64,000 bases of DNA from the NCBI RefSeq assembly GCF_035594765.1, contig NC_085845.1:24422024-24486023 (forward strand). The letters run 5' to 3'. The notes beneath the pieces are model-generated. The model was not told where the DNA came from and made no database searches. It saw nothing but the letters and a program-made list of their open reading frames with translations. The DNA comes from Anolis carolinensis (taxonomy: Eukaryota). Numbering within the stretch: position 1 is the stretch's first letter; each line of letters starts with the position of its first letter. This document shows positions 23,272-55,085 of the stretch, piece by piece. The position numbers were made by a program, and so were the translations under genes.

Positions 23272-23703
23272 GGGGTGGGCTTGGCACAGCGAGTTAAACC
23301 ACTGTGCTGCAGAAAAATCCTGCCCATCGAAAGGTCAGCAGTTTGAGCCCAGGTTGGGGTGAGCACCCGCCCTTAGCCCCAGCTCACATTTTAGTAGCTA
23401 AATCGGTACCGCTTTTAGTGGGGGGGGGGGTAATAAAGACATCCTTAAAGGACATCGATTGGGAGGAAAAAGCTCCTTGGCACAGAAGATGGAGCGACAG
23501 TACCCCCCATGGCCGGAGTCAACCACAGTCTTCAAGATGCCGGAAATAAGATGGGAAAAACTGTCTTTACCTCTGTTTGTGTTGTCTCTCCCTGTTAACT
23601 GTGTAATCGGCTTTGAATGTTTGCCGTATGCGTGTTCTGTGAGCCCCTCTGAGTCCCCTTCAGGGTGAGATGGGCAGGTTATAAATACTGTAAATAAATA
23701 AAT
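23272..23703 (+). mobile_element. SINE with tRNA-like head and L2-derived tail (Anolis SINE2-like)
   Basis: TGGCACAGCGAGTTAAACC head, tail shared with the adjacent L2, (TAAA)n. Confidence 0.75.
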
Positions 23704-24711
23704 TATGGCAACCCTTAGGTAACCCTATCATGGAGTTTGCTTGGCAAGATTTATTCAGAAAATGTTGATCATTAACTTCCTCTGAGGCTGAAAGTGTCCC
23801 ACGGCTGAGCAGGGATTTGAATACTGATCTCCTCCAAACTTTAAATCATTACACCGTGCTGTGTCTCTACTTGATGGCAAATGACAACAATAACTAAGGT
23901 CTATTGGGAAGGTGTGAGGAGAACAAATTAATTTCTTAAAATACACATAGACTCATTAAACCAACAAACTAACAATAAAGAGCAGCAAACAGAGCATTCA
24001 GCTAGACTGTTTAATATAGCAAAAGGAACTAACTTAGATAACATTAAACAACCATACATCCCAAAAGCACAGCTCTTTCAATTACCTGCTATAAAATGAG
24101 ACAACACCAGGAGGTGATAAAAGATTATTTAATTTTAGTGATTTTATGTAATCCTGCCTCATAAACATTATGATTGCAAGATGCTGGGTGAAATTCCTTC
24201 TCCAGATTGCACAGTAGAGCAGTTAAGGAGTAAAGCTCAGCATCCTTTGCATCACTTCATCTTGCTGTTTTCTTATATACGCGTATATGATATCTGGATT
24301 TCCCCCCTTTGTACAGACAGTACTTTTGATTTCCTGGGGCCCTTGCACATTACATAATTACTGCACTGTGATCCCACCGTCATAGTTCCATCCTATTGAA
24401 TTACAGGATTTTCAGATTAGAGAGATGAAATTCTAAACCTTAAGTAGCTCCATTCATATTCAGACTAAAACCTAGAGAACTGAATCTAAGAGTTCCCAAA
24501 TGCCATGGTTCTTAACCTTTGGTCCTTCAGATATTTTTTGTCTTCAACGCTGAGAACCCCTGGCTAAAATACTAATGGTTGAGGGTAATTGGAAGTGATA
24601 ACTAGTCCCTACACTCTTTGTAGAATCAAAAGTTGAGAAGCATTGAAAAAAAGGTATAGAGGATATTCTAGAAAATTTCCTTACATTATTTACACATATA
24701 TACACAAAAAT

Positions 24712-24873
24712 AAAAGGCAGATCACTCATTATGGTGCTATGTATAGCTGTTGTAGTACCAGAATCTAAAAACAATAGGAGACTTTTAGATCTATATATAT
24801 CTAAATATATATCTAAATATCCATATCGCTCTATCTATCGCTCTATCTATCGCTCTATCTATCGCTCTATCGC

Positions 24874-24934
<61 letters not shown>

Positions 24935-25015
24935 AAATCTAAATGTCTTCTGTTGTTTTTAGATTTTGGTACTGCAACAGCGATACATAGCACCATAATG
25001 AGTGATCTGCCTTTT
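24712..25015. repeat. ~80-bp inverted repeat enclosing a compound (TATC)n microsatellite
   Basis: AAAAGGCAGATCACTCATTATGGTGCTATGTAT... mirrored by ...ATACATAGCACCATAATGAGTGATCTGCCTTTT. Confidence 0.9.
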
Positions 25016-26775
25016 TGCTAGAAGCCAAGATTGTATTCTTTTCTTCTTCCTGAATACTGTGGACAGTTAAGTTCCTTGGCATCCTTCCCTTCAAAAGTTT
25101 AGCACGCACATCATGTCATCCTTCATTATGCTGAAACCTTGGCGCTCTTCCAACAATTCAGCTTTTAAAAATTCAGCATATTCACTCCCTTGGCAGATTA
25201 TTCAGTCCTCTAATTCTCAGAATTCACTGTTTATTTTCCAAGAAGACCCAGTGTAGTTGGAGATTGAAAGTTTAGTATGCCAACACTGTAATTGTTTTCT
25301 GCTGTTGCAGAGTACCGTTGCTTGATTGGCTGCTTTAGTGATGCCAGTGAATCTGTTCCAGATCGACGCTTTCCAGCCCACATATGATCTGGCCCAGTTT
25401 CTCTGCTGCACCCAGTGCATTTTTGGGATTTTCCCCATCCATTGTTGGACTTGCATGCCATTGCCTAGGCAACATGTTTTTCGTTGTGCTTCGGGGACAT
25501 AAAAGCTAAGATTGTCCATCTTTGTTTGTTGGAGTGATTTGACTCATTAGTTCCTGCAGAATGTACTCATGACTTTTGCATTGTCTGAATGTTTTGATGT
25601 TGATGGGACAGAGCTTAGACTCAAACTCTGAAACAAAGTGAAGTTCATGCTGTAGTTTTGTTTCTCATGATTTTCTATCCCCACACAGGAAAAGTTACTG
25701 TTTCAGATTATAATGCTTGAATTTCTTTCAAGTGGTCATAATAGCTGGAGGATTCTGGGAGCTGTGATCCAAAAAAGGAACTTTCCCAAGTTCGGTCTTG
25801 TTTGTTATAGTTCCCCATGTTTTGTTTATTTTAAAAAATATATTCTACCCAGTTAACTAGCGGCATGATTTATTAACTGATTTTTAATCAGCCTGAAAAC
25901 TCAAACCTTTCAGTCCTGCTAAAGAGCATCGTTATAAGGCTCTGGGTTTAAATGTCTTCTCAGCATGGAGTGACCGGAAGCCTCTATTCTAGCCTTTTGC
26001 CATGCAGCAGGCACAGTTGGCATTTGCAGATTTGCTTTTTGTGGATCCGATTACTTGCAGATTTGATTAAAATGTTCTCTGTGGGAATCTCTAGGTCCTC
26101 CAGCATGATGCTATGGACAACATTTGCTGGATGTTGACTACAGAACCATACTGAAGGACCAAGAGTTTACTATGGAGGTGTTCTCTCAGGTAAAAAAAAA
26201 TAACTTGTGGTTTTTTCACTTTCACTGGCATCCTGCACTTTTAATACCAGCAAATGTTAAGGGGCTGGCTGTACTTTATTTACTTGTGAGGGGAACCTCT
26301 TATGTATTCTTTTCCACAAGGAAGGTGATATACATTGCTTCTAGCAGGTGCAAGTGTTTGCCTTATCTAGGCAGGCTGATTGTTCCGTGAGATTGACTGA
26401 GGAAGCCACCTCGGTTGCAAGTGTGGTGATGCCCAGAGGGAGACATGGTGGTTATTCTAAATTAATATTCTGAGTAAACTGCATCCAAAATCTTTTATAT
26501 ACTACAGTAGATGGGGGAAAACCAAGCACAGTCCTCAGATGTTATAAGATGCAGCTCCCATCAGCCAATAATAAGAGGATGTTGAAAGCTTCAGTCTAAC
26601 AATATCTAGAGAATCCCATTTAGCCTAACCTTGGAATAAATTTGTATTGATAACACAGGACCCGCCATGGAGACGTGCCAAGTTATGAATTGCAATGAGT
26701 GCACAGCTGAATTAAGCAAACCTTTCCTTACTTGAGAATGAAAAATGTTTTCTCCTGATGGGATATTATCAACTG

Positions 26776-26876
26776 GGTTGTTGTATGTATTCCGGCGCTG
26801 TATGGCCATGTTCTAGAAGTATTCTCTCGTGACGTTTCGCCCACATCTATGGCAGGCATCCTCAGACGTTGTGAGG
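26776..26876 (-). mobile_element. Short Penelope-like element terminal fragment with 12-bp TSD
   Basis: Typical Penelope terminal sequence flanked by TATTATCAACTG direct repeats (26764-26775, 26877-26888). Confidence 0.8.
26828..26868 (-). ncRNA. Minimal hammerhead ribozyme motif in Penelope-derived insertion
   Basis: Minus strand CGU-CUGAGGA-UGCCUGCC-AUAG-AUGUGGGC-GAAA-CGUC^ACG: CUGANGA and GAAA cores, stem II, palindromic stem III, GUC site, 3-bp stem I. Confidence 0.7.
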
Positions 26877-26902
26877 TATTATCAACTGTTTAGCACATCT
26901 TT

Positions 26903-27168
26903 GGAGCCCCCTGTGGTGCAATGGGTTAAACTCTTGTGCTGGCAGGATTGCTGACTGAATTTGATTGCTGGCTGGTTCGAATCTGGGGAGCAAAGTGAGC
27001 TCCCATCTGTCAGCTCTAGCTCCCCATGCGGGGACATGACAGAAGCTCCCACAGGACGGAAAAACATCAAACACTTGGGCGTCCCCTGGACAACGTCCTT
27101 GCAGACAACCAATTCTCTCACACCAGAAGCGATTTGCAGTTTCTCAAGTTGCTCCTAACATAGAAAAA
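26903..27168 (+). mobile_element. tRNA-derived SINE with Vingi-like tail
   Basis: Full length, AGCACATCTTT TSD. Confidence 0.85.
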
Positions 27169-27575
27169 AGCACATCTTTGACAGTTTTTTAAACTGCAGG
27201 TCTTTCTTTCCAAAATTTTACAAATTTTTTTGTGTATGCAAAAATACACAAAAAATATTTTTGTGTGAAATATTTTTTGTGCAAAAATTCAACCTCAATT
27301 CTACTGTTGATGGAGAAATTACATTCCCTTTTTCATTCTTGCCATGGGCAAAAAATATCAAATAGTTTATAGTTTATTTTAATGGAGTGTCTTGATGTGC
27401 TGAGATTACTTTTCATGTTGAGGATGAGAGAATGAACAAATTGTGTTTACATCCCTAGTAAGAATTACCTGCCTAAGAAAACTCTATGAAATCCACAGGT
27501 TGCCAGAAATTGACAGATGACTTGATGGCACATATGTACAAGCATGTATTCACAACAAAAGCTTTGAAACCTTTC

Positions 27576-27621
27576 TTTATTGGAATATGCTTCCTGTAGT
27601 TTTCCATTGATTTAGTTTATT
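27576..27621 (-). terminator. Candidate polyadenylation signals, gene B
   Basis: Two minus-strand AATAAA (27616-27621, 27576-27581) 230-270 nt after the stop. Confidence 0.5.
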
Positions 27622-27849
27622 CACTTGTGGTTTACTCAAAATTCTGCCTTGAACCAAGAGCATGACTTGGGAAATTCTAAATATCTAAAACTAAGTAAAA
27701 CCAGCCTTCCACCCACGATTTATACTACTTTGTCAACAACAACTGAGAGGGGGAGCAGAGAAGCCAATTTGTTTAAGCAGCTGTTTAAACTTAAAAAAAT
27801 AATTCTTGATTAGAAGTTGCCAGAAGAATTGCTTCATCAGGTTAGGAGC

Positions 27850-36804
<8,955 letters not shown>

Positions 36805-37239
36805 ATGTCCAGGAATCTGTTCAGCCTCTTTTGCAGACTCGTCCTTTGGAAGGATGGAACAATCCCCGGTCTCAGTCACCAGCCACCTGCATTGCAAATA
36901 GAATAATACTAAACCCACTCGGCCACCGTAGGCATGCCACTGGGATCTCTGGGAAATGTAGTCTGTTCTACTAAACTTGCCATTCTCTGCTATCTGATTC
37001 TTTTAGCTCCCAGGGAACTCATGCATAATATTTATTATATCTACAGCTCACTGTATGTTAGCATGATCAGTTAAATGGTAGACATAACAATCCAGAAATA
37101 ATTGTCAGTGCTCTTTAAGGGAGAGAATGATTATTTTGCATGGATCTGTTTATTCTGGTAGGTATATTGTGTATTATCCTAGCATTTTTGGGTGGTCCAC
37201 AAACTTTAAAAATCCTAATGCAAGTCAGTTGTGTATATA

Positions 37240-37546
37240 CAGTAGAGTCTCACTTATCCAACGTTCTGGATTATCCAACACATTTTGTAGTCAATGTTTT
37301 CAATAAATCGTGATATTTTGGTGCTAAATTCATAAATACAGTAATTACTACATAGCATTATTTCGTATTTAACTACTTTTTCTGTCAAATTTGTTGTATA
37401 ATATGATGTTTTGGTGCTTGATTTGTAAAATCATAACCTAATTTGATGTTTAATAGGCTTTTCCTTAATCCCTCCTTATTATCCAACATATCCGCTTATC
37501 CAATGTTCTGCCGGCCCGTTTATGTTGGATAAGTGAGACTCTCCTG
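37240..37546. mobile_element. Tc1/mariner-type MITE
   Basis: CAGTAGAGTCTC TIR family. Confidence 0.85.
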
Positions 37547-37944
37547 TAGATAGACTGCAGGAAAGATTATCTTTTCAAAAAATTCCTGCCACAAATTTGC
37601 ATTCTAAAATAAGTTAATGAAGAAGGGCATAGTAGACTCTCAGTTAACTAGAACTCATGCAAACACAACTCTCAAGCAACTGGCAAAATTTGAAAGAAAT
37701 AATACTTTAAACAAAAAAGGCTGTTTTATAATACACTAACACGATATTACATTAAGTCTATCTTGATTTGATTTTAATTACTGTATTTCGATATTAATAT
37801 CAAGTCAATACACAGTTTATGGTATGGTATAGAATGGGACATAGTATTAATTAGGCCTGTTTTTAATAGTAACTTCTAAACAACCAGAAACTACATTTAT
37901 CCAGCATCTACCAATCCCCATTCATTGTAATCTACTGTCCAGAT

Positions 37945-38800
37945 TATTTATTTATCATGTCAGAAGTGAATTGAGAATACATTTATAATGTATTTTTTTA
38001 AAAGCCATAAAGTTAAAAACTTGGCATTAAGCTAAATTTTCTTTGACCAGAAGCTGGCCACTTGGAGTGCCTCTGGTGTCGCTGTGGGAAGGTCCTCCAT
38101 TGTGCATGTGGGGGGGCTCAGGCTGCATTGTAATAGGTGGTCTGCGGTTTGCTCTTCTCCACACTTGCATGTTGTGGACTCCACTATATAGCTCCATTTC
38201 TTAAGGTTGGGTCTGCATCTTATGTTGTCAGAGTGCAGTCTGTTCAATGCCTTTCAAGTTGCCCAGTCTTCTGTGTGCCCAGGGGGGAATTTTTCATCCG
38301 GTATCAGCCACGGATTGAGGTTCTGGGTTTTAGCCTGCCACTTTTGGACTCTCGCTTGCTGAGGTGTTCCTGCGAATATCTCTGTGGATCTTAGGAAGCT
38401 ATTTCTTGAATTAAGGCATTGGCGTGCTGGGTGATATCCGAACAGAGGATGGGCCAGAGATGTCAATGCCTTGGTCCTTTCATTATTGGCTGCTACTTCC
38501 TAACAGATGTCAGATGGTGCGATACTGCAAAACAGTATAACTTTTCTAGCAGTGTAGGGCATAGACATTGTGTGATAATGCAGCATGTCTCATTAAGAGC
38601 CACGTCCATTAACATGGTCAGATGTATTCCATACTGGGCATATGTACTCAGCAGCAGAGTAGCAAAGTGCAAGGGCAGATGTCTTCACTATATCTGGTTG
38701 TGATCCCCAGGTTGTTTGAGTCAGCTTTCATATGATATTTCTAGTGCCCGCTTTTTGCTTGATAGTCAAGCAGTGCTTCTTGTGGGTCACAGCACAGTCC
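37945..38800 (-). mobile_element. Vingi/ingi-clade LINE 3' fragment
   Basis: ORF remnants NRLHS..RCRPNLKKW..CKCGEEQTADHLLQC, HPLFGY motif, 3' tail. Confidence 0.75.
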
Positions 38801-38962
38801 AGCAACGTTCTGCCGGCCCGTTTATGTTGGATAAGCGAGACTCTACTGTAAATGCAAGTATAGAACTATGCATTCCCTTTCAATTTTTTGGAAGTGTTTG
38901 TGGTACATCCTGGATTAAAAAACACCCTCTGAGTGAATTATAAGGATCTCCAATCTTTACAC

Positions 38963-38968
38963 TTTATT
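38963..38968 (-). terminator. Candidate polyadenylation signal, gene C
   Basis: AATAAA on minus strand ~130 nt after the stop. Confidence 0.55.
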
Positions 38969-39095
38969 GTTTATATACAGAGCAAAAATTGCCTTTTCTA
39001 CTTTAGCTTGCCAACTTCCAACTGGTTTAAAACTTCAAATAGTTTCAACTCATGTTCACTGAAATTCGGTTGAATTTGGTCAGGTGTACAAAGGA

Positions 39096-52640
<13,545 letters not shown>

Positions 52641-52729
52641 CTGCACTAGGATCCCTTTACAGTCTTTTCTACAAATGTCTTTCTCGAGTATGAATCCAAA
52701 GATAGGCAAAAAATGCTCTCACATCCCAA

Positions 52730-52875
52730 AGAGCACACAATTATATAATGTACAGGTCAGGTAGGAAAGGGGAGGGTGCAACTGCAGCTGTGATACAAAG
52801 TTCTTCAGTGACCACAAAGTCTTTGACCCAAGTTCACCCTCTTCTGGAACCATCTAAAGTTAATGATTATCAATT
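52730..52875 (-). promoter_or_regulatory. Proximal promoter of gene C (TATA box, CAAAG HNF4-like motifs, HNF1-like site)
   Basis: TTATATAA at 52741-52748 ~100 nt upstream of the ATG; GTTAATGATTATC at 52859-52871; block alignable to the gene A promoter. Confidence 0.6.
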
Positions 52876-53464
52876 GCTCCAAGTTTGACTGTGCACTTGA
52901 TCTTCTCATGGTTCCCTCACACATAGATGGGTTTTCATGACTTTGAATTGCCATTATAAATTTCTCACAGTGCCTGACACTGATGCTACATGGTGGGCTC
53001 CTTGATATGTAGATGGGATTTCAGCTCTGTATTTATCTGGTGACTCTGAGATGCCATTTGAAATTTCCTACAATGTTGTGAAGTGGTGCTATGCTGGGAG
53101 CATTCTGGGATAGTTAAAGTGGCTGCTTACAAACTTGAAGTAGGGCATTTTAGGAAGATATCAATCCACTTTGGGAATCCTGAGGTACTCGATTCTGCCC
53201 AAATACCTGCCTTATTCCCGATCATCCAGAAAAAACTTGAGACATTGAGTCAGTGCAGCAAATGCTACCCCACCTAACCAACTCAAACGCCTTCTACAGT
53301 TTGAGGGGTCCTCAAACTTTTAAGTGGAGGGCCGATTCACAGTCCCTCAGACTATTGGGGGGCCGGACTATGATGAAATAGTCCAAAATTAGGATTGTTG
53401 TTGTGTGCCTTCAAGTCATTTCAGATTTAGGTCAACCCTAAGTATAAAGTTTAGGACAGAGGCC

Positions 53465-53477
53465 AGGTCAATGACCT
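53465..53477. promoter_or_regulatory. Perfect IR1 nuclear-receptor motif (AGGTCAaTGACCT), copy 1
   Basis: Exact FXR/RXR-type IR1 consensus, inside a hAT MITE; function unproven. Confidence 0.4.
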
Positions 53478-53504
53478 TGGAGGGCCTTAGTTTGGGGACA
53501 CCTG

Positions 53505-53759
53505 ATCTAGACGATCTCATAAGATCATAGGTAAGCAAAGAGGCCTCCAAAGACCATCTAGATGGTTTCATAAGACCATAGGTAAGGAAAGGGGCTCCCA
53601 AAGGCCATCTAAACCATCTCATAGGACCATAGGTAAGGAAAGAGACCTCCAAAAGCCATCTAGATGGCCTCATAAGGCCATAGCTAAGCAAAAAGACCTT
53701 CAAAGACCACCTAGACGATCTCATAAGGCTATAAGTAAGCAAAGAGACCTCCAAAGACT
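53505..53759. repeat. 51-bp minisatellite, 5 copies
   Basis: Unit ATCTAGACGATCTCATAAGATCATAGGTAAGCAAAGAGGCCTCCAAAGACC. Confidence 0.9.
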
Positions 53760-53805
53760 AGGTAGACTTAGGTCAACCCTAAGCCTAAAGTTTACGACAG
53801 GGGCC

Positions 53806-53818
53806 AGGTCAATGACCT
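53806..53818. promoter_or_regulatory. Perfect IR1 nuclear-receptor motif, copy 2
   Basis: AGGTCAATGACCT in the duplicated MITE terminus; function unproven. Confidence 0.4.
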
Positions 53819-54399
53819 TGGAGGGCCGCATCCGGCCCCCGGGCCTTAGTTTGGGGACCCCTGATCTAGATAATCAAAACTGATAATCTGGATTTTATAT
53901 GGCAGCGTAGAAGGGGCCTCAGAATGCACAGTAGCTAAAGCCACCACTACACTGCCATATAATCCAGATCATTAAAACACATAATCCACATTATCTGCTT
54001 TGAACTGAGTCTATATATTGCCATATAATCCAGTTCAAAGAAGATAATCTGGATTTTAAATGGCAGTGTAGATGGGGCCTCAGTTACAACCCATGATATT
54101 AAATTAATTTAGAAATAACAGCTATATTCCAATCTATCTACTTTTGACACTTGAAATCTGCCTAATGAGATAGCTTCTTCACTCTTCCTAGTAGTAGAGC
54201 TGGTCTTTGGAGATATCCTGGGATAACCTGATGGAGTGGGGCCATTTGATTCATTCATTCATACATGAAGTAGGGTACACTGAGAGACTACATGAACGTT
54301 GTTACCCTATAAGGAACATGCCAAAGTGGGGCATTACCAATTGCTCTTCCCTGAGTTTTATCCATTCCAATTTGACAATTCTAATACAAACTTCTCTAA

Positions 54400-55085
54400 G
54401 GCCCCTTCCATGCAGCTGAATAAAATCCCACATTATCTGCTTTGAACTGGAATATCTGGCAGTGTGCACCCAGATAACCCAGTTCAAAGCAGTTATTGTG
54501 GGATTTTCTGGATTGATATTCTGGGTTATATGGCTGCGTGGAAGGGCCCTGAGTCACGGCAATTCAGGTAGAATGGTTTGCTCTTCCCATTATTTTAAAC
54601 CAGCACAGATTGATTATACTTGCTGGGGCTGATAGATTTATAGATCTGGAAAGCTGCTCTGATCACATACTTTCAGGGTCCTTCCACATAGCCATATAAT
54701 CCTGAATATCAAGGCAGATAATTCACTATATCTACTTTGAACTGAGTTATCTGAGTCCACATTGCCATATAACCCAGTTCAAAGCGGATAATGTGGGCTT
54801 GTTGTATGTCTTTTGGGCTGTGTGGCCATGTTCCAGAAGTATTCTCTTCTGATGTTTCGCCCACATCTATGGCAGGCATCCTCAGAGGCTGTGAGATAAT
54901 GTGGGATTTTATACAGCTGTGTGGAAGGGCCTTGGGGCTCTTTCAGACAGGCCCTATATCCCAGGATCTGATCTCAGATTTTCTGCTTTAAACTGAAATA
55001 TATGAGTCTGCATTGTCAGATAATCTTGGATAAACAGAAAACCTGGGATCAGATCCTGGGATATAGGGCCTGTCTGGAAGGACCC
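54400..55085. mobile_element. Cluster of Harbinger-type MITEs
   Basis: GGCCCCTTCCA...GGAAGGGCCC and GGGCTCTTTCAGACAGG...CCTGTCTGGAAGGACCC inverted termini. Confidence 0.7.
54798..54894 (-). mobile_element. Second short Penelope-like fragment (decayed hammerhead) nested in a MITE
   Basis: Homologous to 26776-26876; GATAATGTGGG TSD (54787-54797, 54895-54905). Confidence 0.8.

Larger units (their letters stand above)
53303..53863. mobile_element. hAT-type MITE with duplicated right end
   Basis: AGGGGTCCTCAAACT...AGTTTGGGGACCCCTG termini; right end present twice (~53426-53504, ~53768-53863). Confidence 0.75.

Noticed and set aside
26903-26990. tRNA-like A/B box sequences
   Set aside because: These are SINE heads, not tRNA genes.
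53416-53754. 112-aa ORF with 17-residue repeats; array superficially CRISPR-like
   Set aside because: Simply the 51-bp minisatellite read in frame; no unique spacers, eukaryotic context.
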